This document shows positions 22,685-33,325 of a stretch of DNA of 64,000 bases, in pieces. How positions within the stretch are numbered: the first letter of the stretch is position 1; each line of letters opens with the position of its first letter. Position numbers and translations under genes: made by a program. The DNA is from an uncultured delta proteobacterium. GTDB taxonomy: Bacteria > Myxococcota > Myxococcia > Myxococcales > Myxococcaceae. The DNA lies in contig CAVYSY010000028.1 of the NCBI GenBank assembly GCA_963771175.1, positions 32,001 to 96,000 on the forward strand, given 5' to 3'. Under the pieces are notes generated by a model. That model was given only the letters and a program-made list of their open reading frames with translations, did not search any database and was not told the DNA's origin.

Positions 22685-25636
22685 GTGGAGAGCCTGAAGC
22701 CGCGACAGCCGGAGCCATCCGCGGCCCTACCCGAGACGGAGGGTCCGCCGCACCCGGACGACTGCCCGGGTTGCGCCCGGTGCGTGTCGGACGCGCTGGA
22801 GCGCGAGCTGCTGCGCGCCCACGCGCTGCTGGTCGACCCCGAGGCCGAGCCCACCCGCGTCGTCGGCGCGCCCCCTCCCCTGCCCTCGGAGACTCCCGCG
22901 GCGCTGCCCCGGGGCACCTCGGTGGGGCGCTACCTCGTGCTGGAGCGGCTGGGCACCGGCGGCATGGGCGAGGTGTACGCGGCGTTCGACCCACAGCTCA
23001 ACCGCAAGGTGGCCATCAAGCTGCTGCTGCCGGGAGGCGAGGGGCTGGAGCCGGGCGAGGCCCATGCGCGCCTGCTGAGCGAGGCCCGCGCCATGGCCCG
23101 GCTCTCCCACCCCAACGTGCTGCCCGTCTACGACATCGGCGAGCACGGCACGCGGGTGTTCATCGCCCTGGAATTGGTGGAGGGCAGCACCCTGCGCCAG
23201 TGGCTCAAGGCGCAGCCGCGGCACTGGCACGAGGTGGTGGACGTGCTCACCCTGGCCGGTCGGGGACTGGCGGCCGCCCACGCCGTGGGGCTCGTGCACC
23301 GCGACTTCAAGCCAGACAACGTGCTGGTGGGCAAGGACGGGCGCGTGCTCGTCTACGACTTCGGCCTCGCCTGCGAGCAGGGCACCGGCACTCCCGACTC
23401 GCCCACCCCGATGGACCTGGGCGCCATCCTCGGCGCCGAGCCCCTCTCCCCGGACGGCTCGCTCTCCCGCCCCACCCACCCGAGCACCCAGCCGCGCGAG
23501 ACGCCGGTGACGCGCGCCGGCAACATCATGGGCACCCCGGGCTACATGGCCCCCGAGCAGTACCGCCAGGAGCCCGTCACCGCCCAGGCCGACCAGTTCA
23601 GCTTCTGCGCCACCCTCTACTACGCCCTCTACCGCGAGCACGCCTTCGTGGGCGCCGGCGCCGCCGCGCTCGCCCGCGCCACGCTGGAGGGCCACGTGCG
23701 TCCCCCCTCCCGCGACTCGCGCGTGCCGGGCTGGGTGCGCGAAATCGTCCTCAAGGGGCTCAGCCTCCAGCCCCAGGAGCGCCACGCCTCCCTGGAGGTG
23801 CTGCTCGAGGCGCTCCATGACGATCCGCGCGTGCGCCGCCGCCGCCGGGTGTTCATCACCGTGGCCGCCGGCTTCCTGCTCGCCACGGTGGCCGGCGCGG
23901 TGGGCGAGTGGCACCAGCGCAAGAGCGCCTGCGAGAGCGTGGACGGGCGGCTGGCCGGGGTGTGGGACGGCGCGCGCCAGCAGGTCGTGGAGAAGGCCTT
24001 CCTCGCCACGAGCCAGCCCTACGCGGCGGATGCCTGGGCCGGGGTGAGGAGCGCGCTCGACGCCTACGCCTCCGACTGGGTGGGCCAGCAGCGCGAGGCG
24101 TGCGAGGCGACGCGGCTGCGGGGAGAGACCAGCGAGGAGGTGCTCACCGTGCGCACCGCGTGCCTGGAGCGCCGCCGCTCCGAGCTGCGGGCCCTCACCG
24201 ACGTGCTCGCCCAGGCGGATGCCTCCGTGGTGGAGCGCTCGGTGGAGGCCGTGCGCGGCCTGTCCGAGCTGGCTCCCTGTCACGAGGTGGATCCGCTCGC
24301 CGCGCGCGTGTCGCTGCCCGCGGACGCCCGGGTGGCCAAGCGGGTGGAGGACCTGCGTGCCTCGCTCTCGCGGGCCCGGGCCCTGCGCATGTCGGGCCAG
24401 TACGCGGCGGGGCTCGCGGTGGTCGCCCCCGTGGCCGCCGAGGCGCGCACGCTGGGCTACCGTCCCCTGGAGGCCGAGGCCCTCCTGGAATGGGGCCAGC
24501 AGCAGGCGGGCTTCGGCAATCCCGAGGCCGAGCGCCACCTCAAGGAGGCCTCGTGGACGGCCGACGAGGTGCGGCTCGACGAGGTGCGCGCCGAGGCGCT
24601 GGTGACCCTCACCCAGCTCGTCGCCTATGACGCCACGCGCGTGCGGGACGGGCACGACTGGTACCACCAGGCCCGCGCCCTGCTGGTGCGCACCCGGCGC
24701 GAGGGGCGGCTGCTCGCGGAGCTCGAGAGCGCCCACGGGCTGGTGTACGCCGCCGAGGGAGATGCGGTCGCGGCCGAGGCCTCGCAGCGCAACGCGCTCG
24801 CCGCGCTGGAGCAGGCCTCGCTCCGCGAGGACCCGGAGCGGGCGATGGTGCTGCGCCGGCTGGGCAACACGCTGACGGCCCAGGGTCGCCACGAGGAGGC
24901 CCTGCCCGTGTACAAGAGCGCGCACGCGACGTTCCGCCGGGCGCTCGGGGCCGAGCACCCACGCGTGGGCAGCACCCTGGTGAACATCGGCACCACGCTG
25001 AGCGCGCTGGGCCGCCATGCCGAGGCGCTGGTGCCGCTGCGGCCGGGGGTGGCCACCCTGGAGCGCACGCTGCCGGAGCGCCACCCGTTCCGCGCGGTGG
25101 CGCTGGACGCGCTGGGCGCGGCGCTGTGGCGGGACGGGAAGGCGAGCGAGGCGGTGCGGGTGCTGCACCGGGCGGTGGAGGCGGCGGAGCGGATGCGCGG
25201 GCCGGAGCACCCGGACGTGGCGCAGCCGTGCAGCACGCTGGGGCAGGTGCTGATGGACCTGGGGCGCCCCACCGAGGCCCTGGGCTTCTTCGAGCGCTCC
25301 CGGCGCATCCGCGAGCAGGCGCTCGGGCGGGAGCACCCGGAGCTGGCCTTCTCGCTGACGGGCCAGGGCGAGGCGCTGCTGAAGCTGGGCCGTGCCGCCG
25401 AGGCGCTCGCGCCGCTGGAGCGGGCGCTGGCGCTGCGCGAGTCCCGTCCGGTGCCGCCGGTGGAGCTGGCCGAGACGCGCTTCGCGCTGGCGCGCGCGCT
25501 GTGGGAGACGCGCCAGGACACGACGCGGGCCCGGCAGCTCGCGAAGCAGGCCGAGAGCACGCTGGAGCACCCCGGCTCCGAGGGCCTGCGCGCCCGCGTC
25601 CAGGCGTGGCTCGGGGCCCGGACGCCTCGCGGGTAG
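22685..25636 (+). CDS. Membrane Ser/Thr protein kinase with N-terminal HxxxCxxC motif and C-terminal TPR repeats
   Basis: LGTGGMGEVY, VAIK, HRDFKPDN, DFG, GTPGYMAPE, a TM helix, then repeats ending GxEHP. Confidence 0.9.
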   Translation: MESLKPRQPEPSAALPETEGPPHPDDCPGCARCVSDALERELLRAHALLVDPEAEPTRVVGAPPPLPSETPAALPRGTSVGRYLVLERLGTGGMGEVYAAFDPQLNRKVAIKLLLPGGEGLEPGEAHARLLSEARAMARLSHPNVLPVYDIGEHGTRVFIALELVEGSTLRQWLKAQPRHWHEVVDVLTLAGRGLAAAHAVGLVHRDFKPDNVLVGKDGRVLVYDFGLACEQGTGTPDSPTPMDLGAILGAEPLSPDGSLSRPTHPSTQPRETPVTRAGNIMGTPGYMAPEQYRQEPVTAQADQFSFCATLYYALYREHAFVGAGAAALARATLEGHVRPPSRDSRVPGWVREIVLKGLSLQPQERHASLEVLLEALHDDPRVRRRRRVFITVAAGFLLATVAGAVGEWHQRKSACESVDGRLAGVWDGARQQVVEKAFLATSQPYAADAWAGVRSALDAYASDWVGQQREACEATRLRGETSEEVLTVRTACLERRRSELRALTDVLAQADASVVERSVEAVRGLSELAPCHEVDPLAARVSLPADARVAKRVEDLRASLSRARALRMSGQYAAGLAVVAPVAAEARTLGYRPLEAEALLEWGQQQAGFGNPEAERHLKEASWTADEVRLDEVRAEALVTLTQLVAYDATRVRDGHDWYHQARALLVRTRREGRLLAELESAHGLVYAAEGDAVAAEASQRNALAALEQASLREDPERAMVLRRLGNTLTAQGRHEEALPVYKSAHATFRRALGAEHPRVGSTLVNIGTTLSALGRHAEALVPLRPGVATLERTLPERHPFRAVALDALGAALWRDGKASEAVRVLHRAVEAAERMRGPEHPDVAQPCSTLGQVLMDLGRPTEALGFFERSRRIREQALGREHPELAFSLTGQGEALLKLGRAAEALAPLERALALRESRPVPPVELAETRFALARALWETRQDTTRARQLAKQAESTLEHPGSEGLRARVQAWLGARTPRG

Positions 25637-25689
25637 AGAGCGGCCCCCCCCTTGTCGTCCCTCCGCGTGCGGTGACACCCTGCGCGGCA

Positions 25690-28600
25690 ATGACGCACTC
25701 CTGGACTGCCCGCTGTGCCCTGGCGCTGCTCGTGCTGCAACTCGCGAGCGCTTGTGATTCGAAGCCGCCCACTCCCCCTCCGGCCGACACGGACACTACC
25801 GCCCCGAGCACCCGGGCGAGCCCGGCCGGCGGCGCGTACACCGCGGATGTCACCGTCTCGCTGCTGTGCGACGACGGCACCGGCAGCGGCTGCGCGGCCA
25901 CGTACTACACCACCGACGGCTCCGAGCCCTCGCGCGGCTCGCCCACCTTCCGGGACGCGCTTCCCCTCTCGGCCAACACCACGCTCAAGTTCTTCTCGGT
26001 GGACAAGCAGGGCAACGCCGAGCCCGTGAAGTCCGAGCTGTACACCTTCACCTCCACCGGCGGTGACACGCAGCCGCCCACGGTGAGCGCCTCGCCCGTC
26101 GGGGGCACGTATGGCGGCGCGCGCACGGTGACGCTCTCCTGCGAGGACGCGGGCGGCTCCGGCTGCGCCGCCCTCCACTACACACTGGATGGAGCCATGC
26201 CGACGACGGGCTCGCCGCTCTACTCCGGCCCCCTCGCCCTCGCCTCCAACACCACGCTCAAGTTCTTCGCCGTGGATGGCGCCGGCAATGCCTCGCCCGT
26301 CAGCATCCAGGTGTACGTCATCGACACCACCGCCCCCACGACGCTCGTCTCTCTCCCGGGCGACGTCTACGCCCAGTCCCAGCAGGTGACACTCTCCTGT
26401 GACGACGCGGGCGGCAGCGGCTGCACGGCCACGTACTACACGGTGGACGGCTCCACGCCGACGACGGGCTCGCCCCGCTACACCGGCGCCCTCTCCCTCT
26501 CGGCCACCACCACGCTCAAGTTCTTCTCCGTGGACGCCGCCGGCAACCGCGAGTCCGTCCACACCGAGCGCTACGTCATCGACCTCCTCGCCCCCACCAC
26601 CACCGCCCGTCCCGCGGGTGGCGCGTACAACAGCCGGCAGGACGTGACGCTCTCCTGCAATGACGGCGTGGGCACCGGGTGCGCCGCCACGCACTTCACG
26701 CTGAACGGCTCCATGCCCACCACCCTCTCGCCCCGCTACACCGAGGGCACCGTCATTCCCATCTCGGCCAACACCACGCTGAAGTTCTTCTCCGTGGACG
26801 CCGCCGGCAACACCGAGCCCGTCCAGACGCAGACGTACTTCATCGACACCACCCCGCCCACCACCACCGCCAGCCCCGGGGCCGGCACCTATGGTGGGAC
26901 GCGCAACGTGACGCTCTCCTGTACCGACGACGCGGGCAGCGGCTGCAAGGTGACGTACTACACGACGAATGGCACCGCCCCCGGAGCGGGCTCGCCCCAG
27001 TACGAGGCGGGCAAGCCCATCGCCATCACCGCCAACACCGTGCTGCGCTTCCTCTCGGTGGACACCGCCGGCAACGCCGAGCCCGTGCAGGTGCTGGAGT
27101 ACAAGCTCGACGTCCTGCCGCCCGTCACCACCGCCTCGCCCCAGGGCGGCGCCTACAAGGCCGCGAGGGACGTGACGCTGGCGTGCGCGGATGCCACCAG
27201 CACATGCTCGGCCACGTACTACACGCTGGATGGCACCACGCCCGGCACCAACTCCCCGCGGTATGACGGCACGCCGCTGCACATCGCCACCAGTGCCACG
27301 CTGAAGTTCTTCTCCGTGGACGCGGTGGGCAACGCCGAGCCCGTGCACACCGAGGGCTATGTCATCGACACCGTGGTGCCCACCGTCTCGGCCAACCCGG
27401 CGGGCGGCTTCTTCCGTGGCACCCGCGGCGTGACGCTCTCGTGTGACGACGGCACGGGCTCGGGCTGCGTGGGCTTCATCTGGTACACCACCAACGGCTC
27501 CGAGCCCACCACCGCCTCGAGCGTCTACTCCGCCCCCCTCTCCCTCTCCGCCACCACCACGCTCAAGTTCTTCTCCAAGGACGCGGTGGGCAACGACTCG
27601 GCGGTGCGGACGGAGACGTACACCCTCGACGCCCAGAGCCCCACCACGTCGGCCAGCCCGCCGGGCGGCAGCGTCTCGGACACCGTCAACGTGACGCTCG
27701 CCTGCGACGACGCGGGCGGCTCGGGCTGCGACGGCACCTGGTACACGGTGGACGGCTCCACCCCCACCACGAGCTCCACGCGCTACGACTCCTCGGCCAT
27801 CTCCATCTCCGCGACCACCACGCTCAAGTTCTTCTCCGTGGACAAGGTCGGCAACGTCGAGCCCGTGCGCACCGAGACGTATGTGTTCCCAGACCCGGCC
27901 GCGGACACCTCGGCGCAGATCGCCGCCGTGCGCGCCGCGGAGGCGGGCCCGGTCGACCTCCCCATCCAGCGGGCGCTCGTCACCTACGTGAAGCCGCCGA
28001 CGGGCAACGACCCGGCCGGCTTCTTCCTCCAGGCGCAGAAGGATGGCCCAGCCCTCTTCGTCGTGGTGGACGCGAGCACGCTGTCCCCCTCGCCGCTTCC
28101 AGGTGACCGCGTGTCGCTGGTGGCCACCACCAAGGACGTGGTGGTCGGCCAGACGCGCGTAACGAGCCTCCAGTCCGGATCCTTCGTCGTGCACGGCCGG
28201 GGCGAGCCCCTGACGCCGCTGCTCTCCGACGCGAGCGCCGCGGACCTCATCACCCAGGTGGAGGACTACGAGAGCGAGTACCTCTCCGTCTCCGGCACGC
28301 TGAGCGGCACTTTCGGCTCCTCCGGCGCCGGGCACATGCAGGCGAGCCTGTCCACGGTGGGCAACCCCAACGCGCCGGGCGCCTTCACCAACCTGAAGCT
28401 GCGCATGCCCTCGCCGCTGCTCACGACGCTACAGGGCAGGTACGACCTCGCCCTGGGCTGCTCCGTCACCACCACCGGGCCGCTGTGGCGCTTCGGCACG
28501 ACGGTCCAGCCGTCCGCCTGGGTGGAGGAGGACCTGCAGGTGCTGAGCTGCCCCGCGCCCCGGCTGCTGTACGTGGTGCCCACCAGCGGCACCTCGCTCT

Positions 28601-29493
28601 CGTTGCGCTTCGATCGGCGCATCCGCCCGGAGAGCGTGCTCTCCAGCGGCGGCCAGTTCACCTTCGACAACGGGCTGGTGGCCACGAGCGCCACCGTGGT
28701 GGACACCGAGGTGCGGCTGACCACCTCCTCACAGGTGGCCGGGAGCGACTACACGCTGACGGTGGCCGGCACCGTGCAGGACGTCATGGGCACGGGCGTG
28801 GACGCGACGACCCGGAGCAAGTCCTTCGTCGGCTTCGAGAAGCCCGCCCTGCTGAACATCAACGAGGTGGCTCCCAATCTGAGCACCGGGATTCCCTCCG
28901 TCCAGCGAGACGTCGTGGAGCTGTATGTCGTCGAGTCCGGCAGCACCGTGAACATGACGCTGACGACGGACAACTTCGTCGTGGCGACGCTGCCCCGAGT
29001 GCAGGTGACGAAGGGCGACATCATCGTGGTCCACCTGAGCCCGGACACCGCGACGAACGGGGATGCGCCGGCCTCGGAGACGCTCGGCAAGGACGAGTAC
29101 CCCGAGGCCACCCATGGCGCCAACTACGACACCGCGTGGGACTTCCACGGCGCCTCCAACGGCTTCATCTCGTACACGAACGCGGTGCTGCGCGTGAAGG
29201 ATCCGGCGGGCACCACCCTGGACGCGGAGGCCTTCGCCCAGCCCTCCATGTCGCCCCCCGGCTTCCCCGCCCTGCTCCAGGCCCTCCAGGCCGAGGGGTT
29301 GTGGCAGCCCGCCGACTGCGGTGGGGCCCTGTGCACGTACAGCTCCGTCCCCTCGGCGCTCGACGTCTCCGCCAACTGGGCGGGCCTGCCCAACAGCCGG
29401 TCCACCACGGTGTACCGGATCAACCCGACCTATACCCGCTCGGCGGACGACTGGACCACGGGCCCGAGCTCCCTGGGCCTGCCCAACTGGTAG
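25690..29493 (+). CDS. Surface lipoprotein with 8 tandem chitobiase/beta-hexosaminidase C-terminal (Fn3-associated) repeats plus Ig-like and lamin-tail-like C-terminal domains
   Basis: Lipobox LASAC; eight ~80-aa units D..P...SP.GG.Y...V.L.C.D..GSGC..TYYT.DG..P..TLKFFSVD..GN.E; LNINEV motif in the last domain. Confidence 0.85.
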   Translation: MTHSWTARCALALLVLQLASACDSKPPTPPPADTDTTAPSTRASPAGGAYTADVTVSLLCDDGTGSGCAATYYTTDGSEPSRGSPTFRDALPLSANTTLKFFSVDKQGNAEPVKSELYTFTSTGGDTQPPTVSASPVGGTYGGARTVTLSCEDAGGSGCAALHYTLDGAMPTTGSPLYSGPLALASNTTLKFFAVDGAGNASPVSIQVYVIDTTAPTTLVSLPGDVYAQSQQVTLSCDDAGGSGCTATYYTVDGSTPTTGSPRYTGALSLSATTTLKFFSVDAAGNRESVHTERYVIDLLAPTTTARPAGGAYNSRQDVTLSCNDGVGTGCAATHFTLNGSMPTTLSPRYTEGTVIPISANTTLKFFSVDAAGNTEPVQTQTYFIDTTPPTTTASPGAGTYGGTRNVTLSCTDDAGSGCKVTYYTTNGTAPGAGSPQYEAGKPIAITANTVLRFLSVDTAGNAEPVQVLEYKLDVLPPVTTASPQGGAYKAARDVTLACADATSTCSATYYTLDGTTPGTNSPRYDGTPLHIATSATLKFFSVDAVGNAEPVHTEGYVIDTVVPTVSANPAGGFFRGTRGVTLSCDDGTGSGCVGFIWYTTNGSEPTTASSVYSAPLSLSATTTLKFFSKDAVGNDSAVRTETYTLDAQSPTTSASPPGGSVSDTVNVTLACDDAGGSGCDGTWYTVDGSTPTTSSTRYDSSAISISATTTLKFFSVDKVGNVEPVRTETYVFPDPAADTSAQIAAVRAAEAGPVDLPIQRALVTYVKPPTGNDPAGFFLQAQKDGPALFVVVDASTLSPSPLPGDRVSLVATTKDVVVGQTRVTSLQSGSFVVHGRGEPLTPLLSDASAADLITQVEDYESEYLSVSGTLSGTFGSSGAGHMQASLSTVGNPNAPGAFTNLKLRMPSPLLTTLQGRYDLALGCSVTTTGPLWRFGTTVQPSAWVEEDLQVLSCPAPRLLYVVPTSGTSLSLRFDRRIRPESVLSSGGQFTFDNGLVATSATVVDTEVRLTTSSQVAGSDYTLTVAGTVQDVMGTGVDATTRSKSFVGFEKPALLNINEVAPNLSTGIPSVQRDVVELYVVESGSTVNMTLTTDNFVVATLPRVQVTKGDIIVVHLSPDTATNGDAPASETLGKDEYPEATHGANYDTAWDFHGASNGFISYTNAVLRVKDPAGTTLDAEAFAQPSMSPPGFPALLQALQAEGLWQPADCGGALCTYSSVPSALDVSANWAGLPNSRSTTVYRINPTYTRSADDWTTGPSSLGLPNW

Positions 29494-29520
29494 CACCGGG
29501 TCCGAAGAGAGGGGCACCCG

Positions 29521-29586
29521 CCGGGCGCGATCTCGAGCAACTGCTCCGACAGTCGGACCAGTTCGTGAAGAACGCGCCCGGGAGGG
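29521..29586. repeat. REP-like palindromic element, copy B (diverged)
   Basis: Core tccgac-a-gtcgga with outer ccgggcgcg...cgcgcccgg arms, 28 bp after a stop codon. Confidence 0.7.
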
Positions 29587-29707
29587 CCGGGGGTCGCGGC
29601 TGGCGTGGGCGGTGCGGACGCACTGGCACGGGGCAGCGCCCCTGAAGGCACTTCCTCCGGATGGCAGGCGAGCCGCGTAGGATGGGCGCCGTGACGGAGA
29701 GGATGGA

Positions 29708-30445
29708 ATGAGCGAGCGCAAGGGGCGCGAGGCGTGGCCGCCGGAGCTGACCGAGCTGCTGCGCAAGGTGGACCGCCTGCGCCGGAGCGGGCGTTATGAG
29801 GAGGCGCTCTCGCGCATGCGCCAGCTCGCCGAGGCGCACCCCCGCCAGTTGCGCGTCCTGTTGGAGATGGGGCTGACGCTCGGCATCTGGGGCGGTGCCC
29901 CCGCCGAGGCCCTCCCCTGGTTCGAGCGCGCCCTGGAGATGGCACCGGGCCACGTCACCACGCAGCTCCACCGGGCCCTCGCGCTGGCCCGGCTGGGCCG
30001 TCACGCCGAGGCGGTGGCCGACTTCGACGCGCTCGAGGCCGCGGGCTTCCGCAAGGCGCTCGTCCTCCACATGAAGCGCGCCGAGTCCCTGGAGGCGCTC
30101 GGCCGGCACGCGGACGCCGAGCGCGACTGGACGCTCGCCCTCGCCGAGGACCCCGGCAATCCCTGGCTGCTCCACCAGCGGGCCTCGGCACGGGCCCGGT
30201 TGGGCCGGCGGGAGGAGGCGGTGAAGGACCTCACCGATGCGCTCGCCTCGCACGCCCAGCAGGGCGAGGAGGTGGACGCGGAGTTGCTGCGCGACCGGGG
30301 GGTGCTGCGCGAGCGGCTGGGTGACACGGCCGGCGCACGCGAGGACTTCGAGGCCGGGCTCTCCGCCGTGCGCGCGGGGGACCCGCCCGAGCTCGTGGAC
30401 GACCTGCGCCAGAGGTTGTCGGAGCTCATGCCCCGCGCGCCGTGA
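29708..30445 (+). CDS. Tetratricopeptide repeat protein
   Basis: Repeated A..W/F.RAL...P and RA.A...LGR..EA..D motifs. Confidence 0.8.
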   Translation: MSERKGREAWPPELTELLRKVDRLRRSGRYEEALSRMRQLAEAHPRQLRVLLEMGLTLGIWGGAPAEALPWFERALEMAPGHVTTQLHRALALARLGRHAEAVADFDALEAAGFRKALVLHMKRAESLEALGRHADAERDWTLALAEDPGNPWLLHQRASARARLGRREEAVKDLTDALASHAQQGEEVDAELLRDRGVLRERLGDTAGAREDFEAGLSAVRAGDPPELVDDLRQRLSELMPRAP

Positions 30446-30476
30446 CGCCCCCTCCCCGACCGGACCCTCGTGGGAT

Positions 30477-31938
30477 ATGAGGGAGCGCGCCCCGATGTCT
30501 CCCACCGCCTCCTCGCGAATGCCGGGCCCCACCGCCTGGGCCGCGCTCTTCTTCCTCGGCCTCACCTCCGCCACCTGGTGGCCCCACTCCGACCTCGGAG
30601 ACTCGCAGCTCTACCAGGTCGTCTCCCGCCACATGGTCGAGGACGGAAGCTGGCTCGCCCTGCGCTACCTGCCGGACGTGCACGCGCGCTTCTTCGAGCA
30701 CCTGCCCTTCGGCTTCTGGCCCTTCGCCCTCGTCATCCGCCTCTTCGGCGAGGCCGCCCTGCGCCCCCTGTGCGCCGCCTTCTCCCTGGGCACCCTCCTG
30801 CTCACCGGCTCCGTCGCCCGCCGCGCCGCCGGTACCTGGGCCGGTGTCACCGCCATGCTGGTGCTCGCCCTCCCCGATGGGTTCTTCATCCGCGGCGGCC
30901 ATCCCTTCCTCGAGCCCCTCCTCCTCCTGCTCGCCACCGGCTCCGCCGTGCCCCTGTTGCTCGGCGTGCCGCGCCCGCGCGACTGGCTCGTCTGTGGGCT
31001 GCTCGCCGCCGCCGCCTGTGCCGTGAAGGGCCCTTTCGGGTTGTTGCCCTTCGCCGGAGCCGCCGTCGCCCGCGCCTTCGTCGAGCGCTCCTGGAAGGTG
31101 CTCATCGTCGGCACCCTCGTGGGCATCGCCGCCGCCGTGCCCACCGTGCTCTTCCTCGTCTTCAACGCGCAGTGGTGGGAGGGCTATGTCCGCCATCAGG
31201 TCCTCGCCTCCGCCACCGGTGAGCGCACCGACGGGCAGCTCTCCTGGTACATCCCCTTCCGCACCCTCGGCAGCCGCTTCTGGCCCGGGCTGCCGCTGCT
31301 CGCCGCGGGTGGGGTGCTCGCGCTCGGCCGGCCCGCTCGCGCCTTCCGCGCCCTCCTGCCCGAGGGCACCCGGGACGCGGCCGGAGTGCGCCGCTCCGCC
31401 CAGGTGCTCCTGCTCGCGAGCCTCTTCATCCTCACCGCGCTCTGCATCCCCGGGCGCAAGGTGTGGAACCACTCGCTCATCGCCTTCCCGCTGCTGGCCA
31501 TGCTCGTGGGCGTGGGGCTCGGCCCATGGCTGGAGGCCCGGCTCGCCTCCCCCACGCGAGAGCGCCGCGCCCGGCTCGGGCTGGCCGTGCTCGCACTCGT
31601 GGTGCTGGGCGCCTCCGCCGCCGGAGCGGGTCGACTGCTGTTTCCCCGGCCGTGCCCCGCCGCGGGCTCGCTCGCCCCGGCGCTCGCGGACGTGCCGCCC
31701 GGTGCCCATGTGTTGGTGGTGTCGCCGCGCCACGAGTGGACCACCGTGGCCGCGTTCGCCGTGGAGCGGCGCTGGTCTGCCGTGGCGCCTCACCGAGCTG
31801 GGCTCCGAGCGCGCCCCGGGTGGCCCCACCGAGGCCCGCGTGGCCTTCGTCGCGGACGGGGCTCCCGTGAGTGAGCCAGGCTGGCGCGAGGTGGGCCGGG
31901 ACGGTCGCTGGCGGCTGCTGCGCCGGCCTTCGCCCTGA
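30477..31938 (+). CDS. ArnT/GT39-like membrane glycosyltransferase; probable 1-bp frameshift near 31775
   Basis: GDSQLY...SR.M...G.W, FFEHLP, KGP motifs and many TM helices; alternate frame continues LPWRLTEL...LRRPSP* to 31938. Confidence 0.7.
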
Positions 31939-32035
31939 GCGCTCCCCAGCCAACACCGGGTGCACATTTCACGGTGGCGCGGGGGTGAAGCTGCTATCCC
32001 TTCGGGGCACGGCACGTCCGTGGCGAGGCCCTCCC

Positions 32036-32488
32036 ATGTCGAGCGATGACGCATTCCCCTCCGACCCGCGGCAGCTCTTGGAGAGCATCAACCTCTTCAT
32101 GAGCGAGTCCGTTCCGCACAACCACGCGCTGGGCTTGAGCGTGGTGGGGCTGGGGAAGGCGGAGGCCACCGTGCGACTGCCCTACTCGGACAGGCTGGTG
32201 GGCAACCCCGAGACGGGCGTGCTGCATGGCGGCGCGGTGACGACGCTCATCGACGCCACGTGCGGCATCGCCGTCTTCATGAAGCTGGCGCGCATGGCGC
32301 GCATCGCCACGTTGGACCTGCGCATCGACTACCTGCACCCGGCCACACCCGGGAGCGACCTGCTGGCCCGCGCCGAGTGCTACAAGCTCACGCGCACGGT
32401 GGCCTTCGTGCGAGCGCTGGCGCACCACGGGGACCCGGACAATCCGGTGGCCTCGGCGCAGGGCACCTTCATCATCGTGGAGGAGTGA
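32036..32488 (+). CDS. PaaI family (hotdog) thioesterase
   Basis: GNPETGVLHGG..TTLID, ATLDLRIDY. Confidence 0.88.
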   Translation: MSSDDAFPSDPRQLLESINLFMSESVPHNHALGLSVVGLGKAEATVRLPYSDRLVGNPETGVLHGGAVTTLIDATCGIAVFMKLARMARIATLDLRIDYLHPATPGSDLLARAECYKLTRTVAFVRALAHHGDPDNPVASAQGTFIIVEE

Positions 32489-32491
32489 GCC

Positions 32492-32950
32492 ATGGAGAGC
32501 ACGCCTCCGGGAACGCCGACCCGCATCGCCGAGCTCCTGCGCCACGTGCGCCAGACGGGCGACTACCGGCAGCTCACCGAGGTCATTCCCTACACGCGCT
32601 TCCTGGGCATCGGGGTGGAGAACACCACCGGCGAGGTGCTGTGCCGGATGCGCTATACGCCCATGCTGATCGGCAACAGCGCCATCCCCGCGCTGCACGG
32701 GGGCACCCTGGGCGCGCTGCTGGAGTCGGCCGCCATCTTCGAGCTGCTCCTGCGCACCCAGGTGGAGCGAGTGCCCAAAATCATCACCATCACGGTGGAC
32801 TTCCTGCGCTCGGGGCGGCCGCAGGACACGCTGGCCAAGGCGACCATCACCCGGCTCGGGCGGCGCGTGGCCAACCTCCAGGTGCAGGCCTGGCAGGAGG
32901 ACCGCGGCAAGCCCATCGCCAGCGCCAACGCCCTGTTCCTGCTGTCGTGA
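32492..32950 (+). CDS. PaaI family (hotdog) thioesterase
   Basis: GNSAIPALHGG..GALLE, PKIITITVDFLR; 3 bp after the previous gene. Confidence 0.88.
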   Translation: MESTPPGTPTRIAELLRHVRQTGDYRQLTEVIPYTRFLGIGVENTTGEVLCRMRYTPMLIGNSAIPALHGGTLGALLESAAIFELLLRTQVERVPKIITITVDFLRSGRPQDTLAKATITRLGRRVANLQVQAWQEDRGKPIASANALFLLS

Positions 32951-32961
32951 GGGAGGGGCCG

Positions 32962-33102
32962 CCGGGCGCGTTTTTCCAAAACCTGTCCGACAGTCGGACA
33001 GGTTTGCGCGAAACGCGCCCGGGAGGTGGAGGCCCGTCGGGCGCGGTTCTCCGCAACCTGTACACTTAGTGGACAAGTTCGCGCGAAACGCGCCCGGGAG
33101 GG
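32962..33102. repeat. Two tandem REP-like palindromic elements (copies C and D)
   Basis: Copy C has the same 27-bp palindrome as copy A (32979-33005); copy D (33038-33102) has a degenerate core and a shared gcgcgaaacgcgcccgggagg right arm. Confidence 0.8.
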
Positions 33103-33260
33103 CGTCCCGTCACCGGGTCTCCTGGGTTAGAGCTGCTGGCCTTCGTGCCGCACGGGCCGGTGCTGCTGCTCAGGCTGCTGCTCCACGAGCGCCCGGAGCG
33201 TCATCAGCCGGCGGACCTTTTGCTCCTTGTTCCCGCCGCGCGCGTCCGCGAAAGAAGCCC

Positions 33261-33307
33261 GCAAAAGCGAAGGGCGGGGCCCCCGTGAGGAGCACCCGCC
33301 CTGCTTC
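33261..33307 (-). terminator. Intrinsic terminator of duplicated gene, copy 1
   Basis: Minus strand agggcggg...ccccgccct stem followed by tcgctttt. Confidence 0.7.
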
Positions 33308-33325
33308 AACCACCCGCCGGACTGC

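Noticed and set aside
17111..28335. Very long antisense ORFs (e.g. 17111-21142, 22727-25690, 24625-28335; also 6983-9703)
   Set aside because: Shadow frames of real genes in high-GC DNA; Arg/Gly/Ala-rich with no motifs
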